Below, one piece after another: positions 37,108 through 46,608 of a DNA stretch of 64,000 nucleotides. How positions within the stretch are numbered: position 1 is the stretch's first letter; every line of letters begins with the position of its first letter. Origin of the DNA: Bacteroidota bacterium. GTDB taxonomy: Bacteria > Bacteroidota > Bacteroidia > Bacteroidales > B18-G4. The DNA is taken from NCBI GenBank assembly GCA_018831055.1, contig JAHJRE010000002.1, positions 97-64,096 on the forward strand. The letters are read 5' to 3'. A program made the position numbers and the translations under genes. The notes beneath the pieces were generated by a model. It searched no databases and had not been told where the DNA came from. It saw only the letters and a list, made by a program, of their open reading frames with translations.

Positions 37108-38856
37108 CTATCTTTCAACAAGTACTTTAATCAGGGCAGATTGTCCTTCGGCATCCAACTTGAGGAAAAACAAACCGTTGGATATCGTACCGGGCAAACT
37201 TATCCAATTCACCGGATTTCCACTGATATTTTCTATACTAAGCACTTCACGGCCTGATAGATCGAGCAAGGTTACGGTAAAATCCATAGGGATATTCTGT
37301 GCAAATCTGATTCCCAGTTGATCCCTCACGGGGTTTGGGAAAACAGTTATAGCACTTTTCTCCGCTCTTTCCGGGAAACCTACTGCCGGAATAACTTCAA
37401 TATAACATTCTTTCATAAGGGTATCAGAACCATCAGTACCAGACACGGCAAGACTCACATTATAAAGACCCGGATAATGATATTCAATACCCGTGGGATT
37501 CTGAACGGTAGAAACAGACGGGTCTGCCCCATCAAATTCCCAACTCCATGCATCTTGAGTAAAAGAAGAAAGATTAGTAAAATCCACGCTTTCACCTTCA
37601 TAAATAACTCTTTCTGAAGCAACAAAATCAGCAACCGGGCCATTATCCACGAGACCCTGGTATGCCTCAATGCCATAACCTACTTTGGTAAAAACCATAA
37701 TTCCTTCGTGGTTCAAATTAGGCCCGCAATAATAGTTATAGGATAACGGCAGTTCCCAAATGATTTCCTGGAAATCCGGACTGATCATCCAGTACCTGCC
37801 GCCGGCGGGTTCAGCATTAGAAACCATGATATTTCCTGAGGCATCGACGGTAATACGATGATCTGCAACAGGTTCTGCCTGCAATGCAGGAGACGAAAAC
37901 AGAATGCTTCCATTGTTTTTACTAAGCTTGACAACGCGGTTGCTATCGGTAAGGATGGGGTTATTCTCCGCATCAAAACCAATATTACCATAGGTTCCCG
38001 GACCTCCTGAAACAAGGGCGTAAGTCCAGAGTATATCAAATCCCGAGCCGTTGTCCCGGAAGGCAAACAAATCACCCCCATCACGCTGTCCGTAGATAGT
38101 TCCATCAGGAGAAACAGTAAGCGGACCTTCCTGGTCGCCATCGCCGGGTAGGGCATCGCTGTAATAAAGAGTCTCCCCTGTGCGGGCATCCACCGCTAAC
38201 AATTTAATAGCAGTTGTAATCGTTCCCTCCCATTTGTAAATAGTTTCATTATATAGGCAATAATCCGCTGAAGGCATGATAGATACAAAATTTTCATTCG
38301 TCCAGACCAGACTTCCATCATCTTTATCCAAGCGGATCATGGAAGGATTATATCCGTTAGGCCCGTTCAAAACAGGGTCGCCATTGCAGGCAAACAAAAT
38401 ATTATGTGCTCCGCCAAATGATTGTGATTTTATCTCTCCTCTCCACTTGACGCTCCCGTCGGTGATATTCAGGGCATAAAGTGTATCAGAAGAATAGTCG
38501 TGCACATAAGCTGCATCTTCATTCATCCCGACACAGTAAAGAATCGATGTTTCATACAGTTCCTGCTCCCATAAAAGACTACCAGTGTAAAGGCTTCTGC
38601 ATTCAACCACCCCGGAGTAAACAGGCGAAAATCTCACCCTTGTAGTAATGAACCTGTCGTTCCAGGAATAAACGGCATTGCCGAAAACAGAATAATTTGC
38701 GTCAGTAACTTCCCAAAGTTTATTATCATCCAGGATAAGAGGAGCATTATATTTCGTAACACCATTGCGCTGATTATTGCCCCCGACAGAACTCCAGTTC
38801 TGCGATAATACTGCAAAAGATAACAGAATAAAAACTGTAAAAAAAACACTTTTCAT
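37108..38856 (-). CDS. Secreted PQQ-like beta-propeller plus PKD domain protein with a T9SS type A C-terminal sorting domain
   Basis: A signal peptide is present. A PKD-like segment reads VDFTNLSSFTQDAWSWEFDGADPS...YNVSLAVSG. The C-terminal sorting domain reads ITVFPNPVRDQL...GLFFLKL...IKVLVER. Confidence 0.7.
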   Translation of the reverse strand: MKSVFFTVFILLSFAVLSQNWSSVGGNNQRNGVTKYNAPLILDDNKLWEVTDANYSVFGNAVYSWNDRFITTRVRFSPVYSGVVECRSLYTGSLLWEQELYETSILYCVGMNEDAAYVHDYSSDTLYALNITDGSVKWRGEIKSQSFGGAHNILFACNGDPVLNGPNGYNPSMIRLDKDDGSLVWTNENFVSIMPSADYCLYNETIYKWEGTITTAIKLLAVDARTGETLYYSDALPGDGDQEGPLTVSPDGTIYGQRDGGDLFAFRDNGSGFDILWTYALVSGGPGTYGNIGFDAENNPILTDSNRVVKLSKNNGSILFSSPALQAEPVADHRITVDASGNIMVSNAEPAGGRYWMISPDFQEIIWELPLSYNYYCGPNLNHEGIMVFTKVGYGIEAYQGLVDNGPVADFVASERVIYEGESVDFTNLSSFTQDAWSWEFDGADPSVSTVQNPTGIEYHYPGLYNVSLAVSGTDGSDTLMKECYIEVIPAVGFPERAEKSAITVFPNPVRDQLGIRFAQNIPMDFTVTLLDLSGREVLSIENISGNPVNWISLPGTISNGLFFLKLDAEGQSALIKVLVER

Positions 38857-38926
38857 AGGTTGGATTTATTGTACTTTACATTCAAACATAGAAAAAAATC
38901 GCGAATAAAGAAAAAACAAAAGTTGG

Positions 38927-38975
38927 AGGTTGCATGCTTCAGGATTCAAGTTATTGGTTGCAGGATTCTTCAGGA
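38927..38975. repeat. Degenerate single-arm heptamer repeat tract of the same family
   Basis: The units are aggttgc, atgcttc, aggattc, aagttat, tggttgc and aggattc. The tract lies 3' of the kinase gene and 5' of the T9SS cargo gene. Confidence 0.55.
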
Positions 38976-39010
38976 CAACTCTTAGTTTTTTGCCTCATCG
39001 CCTTGGTTTA

Positions 39011-41347
39011 TTAACCAGGATGCAAGACATTATATATTTCAGCAAGAATATCAACCTTCCTGGCCGGTTTTGAGATATATCCCACACACCCGGAATCAAC
39101 ACATTTCACATTTTCTTCAGGCATAGCGTATGCAGTCAGAGCAATTACGGGAACCGATATATTCTTTTTAGTTAATTCTGCCATAAAATCATAGCCATCC
39201 ATAACAGGCATATTGATATCCAGTAAAATCAAATCAGGAATTATTTTGTTGATTTGATCAAGCAAAAGCTGTCCATTCATGCAATGAATCAATTTTGCCC
39301 CGGAATGATCCAGAACGGCTTCCAGGTAATGAAATGAAGAAAGGTCATCTTCAGCTATATAAATCAGCTTTCCCTGAAGATCAATCGTTTTCATCTTCGG
39401 CTTTTCCCGTTTTTCTTTTTCCTTAACAACTTCATCCCGATCAAAAGGGATGGTGAAGAAAAACCTGCTCCCCTCATTTTCACGGGATTCAAGCATGATT
39501 TTACCTCCCAGCAGTTCAACCAGTCCTTTGCATATACTCAGCCCCAAACCTGTCCCTTCCTTGAACTTATTACTTTCCACCTGATAGAACCGGTCGAAAA
39601 CAAAGGGCTGGCTATCTGCAGGAATGCCAACTCCTGTATCCCTGACAAAGAATTCCAGATATGGAAAACCCTGGCTTTCCTTCATTTCATATCCCAACTC
39701 AACAAAACCTTTATCGGTATGTTTTACGGCATTTGACATCAGGTTATCAAGTATCTGTTTCAATCGTAAGGGATCGGTTTTAACCAAGACATTTGTCATT
39801 GAAGATGGGATTGACTGTATAATTTTCAAATCCGGTTTGTTTCTCAGAAGAGGATTATTCCTGAACTGAATTACCACTTCCTGAATAAGCATGTTAATAT
39901 CGCAGGATTTTCTTTCAATCTTCAATTTGTTGAGTTCAATTTTTGACACATCAATGATATCATCAATCAAGCTCATCAATCTTTCACCGGAACTTTGGAT
40001 TATCTGAACATACATATTGGTTTTACTATTCTTTGGGAAAGCATCACCCAACAGAGAAGAGAATCCGATGATTGCATTCATGGGGGTTCTGATTTCGTGG
40101 CTCATATTGGCAAGAAAAACCGATTTAAGCCTGTCACTTTCTTTCAGAGCTTCTTCCATTGCAACCCGGTCTGAAATATCCTGCATAATGCCAAAGACTT
40201 CCCTGGTATTTCCTTTATTATCCCTGGTTACGATCATTCGTTGCAAAATATTGCGTATCTCACCATCCGGTTTGATGATTCTAAATTCATACTCAACATG
40301 ATCATCCTCCTTCAAGGCTTTAGCAACATTTTGATTATTGTAGTCCCGGTCATCGGGATGGATCCGTTCCTCAATCATCTCATAGCTCAGATCTTTTGGC
40401 CTGTCAAATCCCCACATACTATATAGCTGATCCGACCATTTCAGGGAACCGTTTAAAACATCCCACTTCCAGCTACCTATATTACCTAAATTCTGTGCTT
40501 CTTTCAGTAATTTTTCACTTTCTTCCATGGCTTTATCGGCCATATAATGATCGGTAACATCCTGAACCTGGGCAATCATATACTTAATAGAGTTGTCGTC
40601 TTCCCTCAACAATGCCATATTCAACCTGCCGTACAAGATTTTACCATTCTTATGCCTGTATCTTTTAATTATTTCGTAACCATCAACCATGCCCCCGGTC
40701 ATTTCCTTCAGTTTGTCCAGACTACCCGGCAAATCTTCTTCATGGGTTATTTCCTTAAAATTCACGCCTATCATTTCTTCTCTGGAATAACCAAACATTT
40801 CGGCAAAAGCATTATTAACAGTGATATAATTACCCTGAGCATCGGACAGTGCCATGCCTATTCCTGAATATTCAAATGCATTCCGGAACAGGTCCCTGCT
40901 TTCCTTCAAGTCAGCATCTTTTTTCTTATCCGCGGTCAAATCTCTAACTATCCCAAACAGATAGACCTTCCCGTTTACAAGAAAATTCATTCCTATGACT
41001 TCGACGGGAAATAAACTACCATCTTTCCTGAGGTGCCTGGATTCAAATACGATGGATTTTCCAGGTTCATGCTTATCCCAGAAGGAAAGAAACTTTTCTT
41101 TATCAAATTCCGGATCAATTTCAGATATCTCCATTCCTCTGATTTCCTCCGGAGCTCGCCTTAGCATTTTTCCTGCTGCAGGATTTGCATCAAGAATGGT
41201 TCCTTCATTGTTTAAAAAGTAAACTGCATTGGAGGTGGTTTTGAAAAGATGCTCGTAAATACCCTTATAATCCTTAATTTCCTTCGAAATAAATGAATCT
41301 GTATCAGCATTTTCCTTCCTCGGGGCGGATTTTCCCGTATTTTCCAT
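39011..41347 (-). CDS. Hybrid sensor histidine kinase / response regulator with several PAS domains
   Basis: The H-box reads FLANMSHEIRTPMNAI, the HATPase segment reads DTGVGIP...GTGLGLSICKGLVELLGG, and the C-terminal receiver reads ILLDINMPVMDG. I chose the ATG at 41347; the TTG at 41374 is the ORF maximum. Confidence 0.9.
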   Translation of the reverse strand: MENTGKSAPRKENADTDSFISKEIKDYKGIYEHLFKTTSNAVYFLNNEGTILDANPAAGKMLRRAPEEIRGMEISEIDPEFDKEKFLSFWDKHEPGKSIVFESRHLRKDGSLFPVEVIGMNFLVNGKVYLFGIVRDLTADKKKDADLKESRDLFRNAFEYSGIGMALSDAQGNYITVNNAFAEMFGYSREEMIGVNFKEITHEEDLPGSLDKLKEMTGGMVDGYEIIKRYRHKNGKILYGRLNMALLREDDNSIKYMIAQVQDVTDHYMADKAMEESEKLLKEAQNLGNIGSWKWDVLNGSLKWSDQLYSMWGFDRPKDLSYEMIEERIHPDDRDYNNQNVAKALKEDDHVEYEFRIIKPDGEIRNILQRMIVTRDNKGNTREVFGIMQDISDRVAMEEALKESDRLKSVFLANMSHEIRTPMNAIIGFSSLLGDAFPKNSKTNMYVQIIQSSGERLMSLIDDIIDVSKIELNKLKIERKSCDINMLIQEVVIQFRNNPLLRNKPDLKIIQSIPSSMTNVLVKTDPLRLKQILDNLMSNAVKHTDKGFVELGYEMKESQGFPYLEFFVRDTGVGIPADSQPFVFDRFYQVESNKFKEGTGLGLSICKGLVELLGGKIMLESRENEGSRFFFTIPFDRDEVVKEKEKREKPKMKTIDLQGKLIYIAEDDLSSFHYLEAVLDHSGAKLIHCMNGQLLLDQINKIIPDLILLDINMPVMDGYDFMAELTKKNISVPVIALTAYAMPEENVKCVDSGCVGYISKPARKVDILAEIYNVLHPG

Positions 41348-41439
41348 ATATAGCAGTATTGGGTAAAGGACCAATACGCAATATAGTTAATATCCAAACA
41401 AGTACCAAAAATAAAATGCCTTTACTGAAAAATCGGGCA

Positions 41440-42324
41440 TTAGGGAATTCTTGTAATTTTCACTCTTGTCAGGTTAAAGCCGGATATTTGATTTACCTGC
41501 AAATTAAATCTGTCGGAATCGAGAAAGCATTCTATAAAAGGTAATCCTGGGGCATAATACAATGATCCTCCGGGAACAAGCGAATTCAGGATTTGCATAT
41601 ACTTGTCTGCATAGAGTTTGTATTCACCATCTTCTCTCAGATGGTGATGAATAAAATGAACAGAAAAGCCCAGGTTGCTGATAAGCGTGCCCCAGGATGC
41701 AGCCCTAAAATGATAATCCAGCCAATCCCCCTGGATTAAGTACTGGTCATCATAAACAAAACGGTCAATCCCATAGGCTTCAACACCTTCATTTCTTAAA
41801 AAATTGACAAGGTTAGCAGATTGTCCACAACCAATATCCAAAACAGGTTCCAACAGACTATCGGCATCCATCCCGAGTATCATTAACTGAAAATCGGCAC
41901 TGTATTCGGAAGCAGGGATGGGCTGCAATAAAGACTCACGATTCTGATATAGATTTTTGGCAAATAGATTTGTATGAAGGATCCAATCTTTCAAATTACC
42001 ATAATGTATTTCCGCAATTTTCTCAATTGGCAAATCCCCGCGTTTCAACTCGGTGTATAACCATTGATAAACTGACCTTAATCTATCCCGGCCTTCTTTG
42101 CCGAAATAAAAAAACTGATTAATACGACAAAATTCTGTCAATGACCTTTCGGTAGCATAATCAACCAGTTTACCGGCATCATCATCACTGAGGCTCCCAA
42201 CTCGTTCAAAGGCCTGAACCACATCTTCACAAAACTTCATGTTTTGCGGAAAATCATCATGGAAGAAGTTTTTCCCTTGATTAAAGATTATTTGTTCATC
42301 GATTACTTTCTTAAAATCTTTCAA
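41440..42324 (-). CDS. Class I SAM-dependent methyltransferase with an uncharacterised ~150-aa N-terminal region
   Basis: Motif I reads VLDIGCGQSANLVNFL followed by GIDR. The post-motif segment LVPGGSLYY is present. Confidence 0.6.
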   Translation of the reverse strand: MKDFKKVIDEQIIFNQGKNFFHDDFPQNMKFCEDVVQAFERVGSLSDDDAGKLVDYATERSLTEFCRINQFFYFGKEGRDRLRSVYQWLYTELKRGDLPIEKIAEIHYGNLKDWILHTNLFAKNLYQNRESLLQPIPASEYSADFQLMILGMDADSLLEPVLDIGCGQSANLVNFLRNEGVEAYGIDRFVYDDQYLIQGDWLDYHFRAASWGTLISNLGFSVHFIHHHLREDGEYKLYADKYMQILNSLVPGGSLYYAPGLPFIECFLDSDRFNLQVNQISGFNLTRVKITRIP

Positions 42325-42348
42325 AGCCTGTTAAAGTTTAAATAAAAG

Positions 42349-43092
42349 CTACCACTTCACACTCCCGATGTCATTCACCATCAACCACTGCCCATTGGAA
42401 TGACGCCATTCGCTCAGATACTCTCCCCTGAGCAATTCGCCCGACTCATTTAGCTTTATGATCCATGCTCCCTTCTCAACTGCAATGGAATCGCAGACAC
42501 TCACCGACAACGTTTTCAATTCATTGAATGTAAACTGCGTTGTCTGGTATGCATAATACTCCCCAATTGTGGCAAGACCGCAGCCAACTGCTATCAGACA
42601 AGCATCTTTTCGATAAACAGTCAGCAAAGAATCTATCTTCCCTTCATTAAACCATCGTACAAAGTTCTGATTTTTTTCGACAATGGTTTGTTGTACATCA
42701 CCGGCATTTTGTGCTTCAGTTTTGTGGCAAACAAAAACCAGCAACAGGCATACTGCTGCAATGGGCAGGGACAAAATTGCAATTTTTCTCATGGGTTTGG
42801 TTTTTAAGTTAAATAAATCCTTGGTAAAAGTCAGTAAACTCAAAAGCCAGGGATCCACAGAACGTTTATCATTACTATAAATGGCGGCATGTTTTACAAT
42901 GGTCTCATCTTCCTGATAATCCAGCTCACGGAAAATAGTTTTCAGGGTAAAACTCCTGGGCATAACTTCACCGGATTCAATACGCTGAAGAGTCCTGACG
43001 CTAAGTTTGCATCTGCCTACAAGTTCTTCCTGAGTCAGACCTTTGGCCTTCCTCAACTTTGCAATCAATTGTCCAAGTTCCGGTTGATCCAT
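42349..43092 (-). CDS. Membrane-anchored XRE-family HTH regulator with an extracytoplasmic NTF2/SnoaL-like (DUF4440-like) domain
   Basis: The N-terminal HTH reads LRKAKGLTQEELVGRCKLSVRTLQRIESGE. A central TM segment reads IAILSLPIAAVCLLLVFV. The C-terminal ~115 aa show an NTF2-like pattern (FVRWFNEGKIDSLLTVYRKDA...GQWLMVNDI). Confidence 0.65.
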   Translation of the reverse strand: MDQPELGQLIAKLRKAKGLTQEELVGRCKLSVRTLQRIESGEVMPRSFTLKTIFRELDYQEDETIVKHAAIYSNDKRSVDPWLLSLLTFTKDLFNLKTKPMRKIAILSLPIAAVCLLLVFVCHKTEAQNAGDVQQTIVEKNQNFVRWFNEGKIDSLLTVYRKDACLIAVGCGLATIGEYYAYQTTQFTFNELKTLSVSVCDSIAVEKGAWIIKLNESGELLRGEYLSEWRHSNGQWLMVNDIGSVKW

Positions 43093-43174
43093 TTTCTTTT
43101 GAATTTAATACAAGAATATACATTAACGTAAAGACTGTCAACGAACTTAGGGGGTCATTGGCACGAATTTAACG

Positions 43175-43196
43175 CGACATTAACCCGACATTATCC
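43175..43196. promoter_or_regulatory. Tandem 11-bp direct repeat (CGACATTAACC CGACATTATCC); candidate operator in the divergent spacer
   Basis: The two copies are adjacent, so their spacing is one helical turn. A third ACATTAAC copy lies at 43120-43127. Confidence 0.3.
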
Positions 43197-43228
43197 GTTT
43201 GTTTCATTGGGAAAAGCATTTAAGCCCC

Positions 43229-43263
43229 AGGTTACAGGTTGCAGGGTGCAGGGTGCATCCAGG
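43229..43263. repeat. Single-arm heptamer repeat tract (aggttac, aggttgc, agggtgc, agggtgc) of the same family
   Basis: This is the only copy in the window located in a divergent promoter spacer rather than 3' of a gene. Confidence 0.65.
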
Positions 43264-43382
43264 TATTTATCATTCCCTATACTTTTTACAATTTATTCAA
43301 CAATATAACATTTTTTTTATTGACATCAATCAAAAATCATTGTAAATTGTTAAGCCCATTATAACATAAACCCTAATAACGG

Positions 43383-44543
43383 ATGAAACCACTTTTCACC
43401 CTTATCTTTCTATTGATTTTCCAGCAAATTTCTTTCTCCCAGGCCGATGAGACCGATTACCGAAAAATCAGGTTTAGTGAAAATAACAACCTTGTTTCTT
43501 CAGGAGTAGACATTTCTCCTGATGGGCAATTTGTTGTTCTCAGCGGAACGGGAGATTTTCCGCTTATCTTTTTCGACTGGAAATCGGAGCAATCTTTACA
43601 AACTGCCAATACCGATTCCTGGACTGCCGGTTCAGCAGTGCATTATACGCCTGAAGGGAAGTACATTATTCTTGAAAAGCTATACTACAATCCAGGAATC
43701 GCCAATTATGACAGACCCTCAGTTTACAATTTACTGGATGGTGAATCGGGAGAAATCCTGAAGAAATTCGAGGGATATAATATTGTAAAGGTAAGTTCGG
43801 CCCAAAGCATGATACTCACGATGGAGGGTAATGAAATAACGTTATGGGACTTAAAGGATTTTAAGTTACTAAAAACCTTAACATTGGAAGAGGAAGGATT
43901 TGCTGCCACCTTCTCCCCTGACGGGAAAACTCTACTGATAGCCCACAGCCCCAATGCAGAGGAACTCAAACAATCGGGCTCATTTGGAAAAGATAAAAAA
44001 TCACTTAAAGCTACTTCCAGATATAAAAACCAGATTTCTTTATATAATTTGGAAACGCTGAAAAAGGAAGGATCAATCAATCACTTTTTTGATCTGGTAT
44101 ACGACATGAGTTTTTCTCCAGACCACAATGAACTATTTGTTTTGCAGATATCCCATCCTGACATCAATTCTGCTGCAAAAGGTGAAAAGCAGTGGAACAT
44201 CAAAGTTGTAAATGCGAAAAACTGGGAACCTACCCGCAAAGGGTTCACCTCAAAATCAGCTCATCTCCCGGATTATGCGATAAGTCCCGATAAAAAATAC
44301 TTTGGAATAATATCCGCCGGATCTGTCAATACTTATACATCGTTCCCGGAGCTTCATATCTATGATTATGAAACAGGAAGGTTTTACGAGCGCTTCACAT
44401 TAAGTCAACGCATGTTTGAAAAAGACCAGGGAGAATTCCTTCGCACCGATGGCAGGGCCGCTTTTGTTTTCCTGCCAGGTAATGAAATTATTTTGATTAC
44501 AATGGGAAACCGTTTAATTTACTGGAACTTCCACCAGAAATAA
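43383..44543 (+). CDS. Secreted WD40-like (PD40/TolB-type) beta-propeller protein
   Basis: A signal peptide is followed by recurring SPDG modules (DISPDGQFVVLSG, FSPDGKTLLIAH, FSPDHNELFVLQ, ISPDKKYFGIIS). Confidence 0.5.
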   Translation: MKPLFTLIFLLIFQQISFSQADETDYRKIRFSENNNLVSSGVDISPDGQFVVLSGTGDFPLIFFDWKSEQSLQTANTDSWTAGSAVHYTPEGKYIILEKLYYNPGIANYDRPSVYNLLDGESGEILKKFEGYNIVKVSSAQSMILTMEGNEITLWDLKDFKLLKTLTLEEEGFAATFSPDGKTLLIAHSPNAEELKQSGSFGKDKKSLKATSRYKNQISLYNLETLKKEGSINHFFDLVYDMSFSPDHNELFVLQISHPDINSAAKGEKQWNIKVVNAKNWEPTRKGFTSKSAHLPDYAISPDKKYFGIISAGSVNTYTSFPELHIYDYETGRFYERFTLSQRMFEKDQGEFLRTDGRAAFVFLPGNEIILITMGNRLIYWNFHQK

Positions 44544-44556
44544 ATTCAAATACCTT

Positions 44557-44922
44557 ATGAAACGAAGCATAATCCTGTTTCTTATTTTGCTTATAACAGC
44601 CGGCAGTTACGCCGGTAAACGGCTAATAGAAGATAAAAATCAGGTAATTGAGGCTGCTAAAGCAGACATTGAAGCAGCCATGAAGGGACCGGATGGCTCA
44701 TTGTATAAATGGGCTATGGAAAACAAAGCCAAAGGAACCTATCATCTCGATATTACAATTCATGAAAGAGGCAAAGTCGCAACAGTCTTTTGCTCAGGAA
44801 GCGAAAACGGTGAGATCCGTTTTCAGAATGAATTAAAGGATATTCTTATGAATTTCGAGTTTTCGTTTAAAACCCCAAAAGGGCGCGATTATAAATTCAG
44901 TTATTCTTTCACATTTAACTAA
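44557..44922 (+). CDS. Small secreted hypothetical protein (121 aa), possibly with a TonB-C-like fold
   Basis: A signal peptide is present. The pattern GTYHLDITIHERGKVATV...FEFSFKTPKGRDYKFSYSFTF is reminiscent of TonB C-terminal domains. It starts 13 nt after the upstream gene. Confidence 0.4.
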   Translation: MKRSIILFLILLITAGSYAGKRLIEDKNQVIEAAKADIEAAMKGPDGSLYKWAMENKAKGTYHLDITIHERGKVATVFCSGSENGEIRFQNELKDILMNFEFSFKTPKGRDYKFSYSFTFN

Positions 44923-44940
44923 AATCCAAAACCAAGAACC

Positions 44941-46590
44941 ATGAGAAAAACAGTATTATTAGTAATAGCTGCAGCACTTACCTGCGGTGTTTTCTCCCAG
45001 GAGGATATGGCCATAGTCTGGGAACAAAAAATGGGCCACAAGATCATCTATCACGGAACCGACCTTGGTAACACCGAAAGTGGATTCAGTTTCGTTGCAT
45101 CGGATAAAGAACTCACAGTATTTCAAAACAAGGATGGTAAAACCATCTGGACCAAAGCATTCAAGGAAATTGCTCCCAACCTGAGAAAAATTGACGAGCT
45201 GCTCGCTTTCTGGGAATCAAACACTATCTTCCTTTTCGACAGGAAAATGGGAAGTGATCAAATCGCTTGTATAAATATGGACGATGGTTCATTACTTTGG
45301 ACTTCCGATAAATACCAGAATTTGAGCGAAGACCTTGTGATGTATATTCCTGAGAAAGATGCATTTGTTTTATCCTTAAAGGACAAACTTGTATTTATCA
45401 AAGCCCGCACCGGTGAAGAAGTATGGAGCACTGCGCAATTTAAGGGAGCAGTAGGCCAATGGCTATATCTACCTGGTGAAGACGCCATCCTGATGGTTAA
45501 CTTCAAACCTGGTTTTTTAGCTTCTCTGTTTACCGGATTCAAAAATCAGATCATGAAGGTAAATGCCGGCAATGGAGAAGTCCTCTGGGAAAGCACATAT
45601 ATCGGCCGGGCTGAGAGAAAGGCTGTTACACGTGACTTTGTATTTGATCTTGAAGTTGTTAACGACAAAGTCATTCTCCGCCTTAACGGCATCCAGGTAT
45701 ACGATCTGAAAACCGGTGCCAATATCTGGTCGGCAGCTTATGATTACACCGCCGACGGGCTTGTCAGAAAACCGCAAGGACAGGTCTTTGCTTTTGGCGT
45801 TTACGGAGCAGTAGCCGACCCGCTGATTGTGGGAGACGACTTCTATGTGATGGAAATGTCGGATAAAAAGAGCCAGTATTTGAAAAAATATGATGTTCAT
45901 ACAGGACAACTGATCTGGACATCACCCGAAATACCACAAGCCAAGGCAATACCCGGCATGTATCTTGTCGGCGATAAAATCATCCTGCAGATCGGTGGTA
46001 AAGTAGAAGTTCAATACCATCACAAATACAAATCCGGTGATTCATGGGTTGAAGTGGAGTTTGTAGGCTATGAGGATGTCAAACCCTACGGTGTTAAAGC
46101 ATTTAACGTGAGTGATGGGAAAATGGCATGGGAATCGGAAAAATTTAAGAAAGGAATTACCAATGCCATCTATCTGGGCAATGAGTTCATTGTGTGCAGC
46201 GGTAAAGAGCTTCACTCCATTAATCCTGAAAATGGGGAAGACAAATTCGTTGTGCCTGTCAATAAAGGCGGAGTCGGCCTGGCATCCCTCATTCTGCCTT
46301 ATAATGACGATATAGTTGTGGTTGGAGAGAAAGGTATTTCCAAATTTAAGGCTTCCAACGGAGACCTGGTGTGCAACGCAAAATACAAGACTTCAAGACT
46401 GGAGGCCAGAATTGGCGATATTCTTATCCTGAAAACCGATAAGGCAGATATCGCTTGTTTCGATCTTTCTGCAGGATGCAGCTTTGCGGAATTCAAAGCC
46501 AAAACCGGAGCAGCAACCACACTGACAAATGATGCCAGTCATGTTTATGTATATGAAGATAAAGTCGTTACCAAGGTAAAGGCCAAATAA
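44941..46590 (+). CDS. Secreted PQQ-like / BamB-like beta-propeller repeat protein
   Basis: A signal peptide is followed by recurring G..(I/L)W modules (DGKTIWTKAF, DGSLLWTSDKY, TGEEVWSTAQF, NGEVLWESTY, TGANIWSAAY, TGQLIWTSPE, DGKMAWESEKF). Confidence 0.55.
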   Translation: MRKTVLLVIAAALTCGVFSQEDMAIVWEQKMGHKIIYHGTDLGNTESGFSFVASDKELTVFQNKDGKTIWTKAFKEIAPNLRKIDELLAFWESNTIFLFDRKMGSDQIACINMDDGSLLWTSDKYQNLSEDLVMYIPEKDAFVLSLKDKLVFIKARTGEEVWSTAQFKGAVGQWLYLPGEDAILMVNFKPGFLASLFTGFKNQIMKVNAGNGEVLWESTYIGRAERKAVTRDFVFDLEVVNDKVILRLNGIQVYDLKTGANIWSAAYDYTADGLVRKPQGQVFAFGVYGAVADPLIVGDDFYVMEMSDKKSQYLKKYDVHTGQLIWTSPEIPQAKAIPGMYLVGDKIILQIGGKVEVQYHHKYKSGDSWVEVEFVGYEDVKPYGVKAFNVSDGKMAWESEKFKKGITNAIYLGNEFIVCSGKELHSINPENGEDKFVVPVNKGGVGLASLILPYNDDIVVVGEKGISKFKASNGDLVCNAKYKTSRLEARIGDILILKTDKADIACFDLSAGCSFAEFKAKTGAATTLTNDASHVYVYEDKVVTKVKAK

Positions 46591-46608
46591 TCTTCGGTTA
46601 AGGCAATT

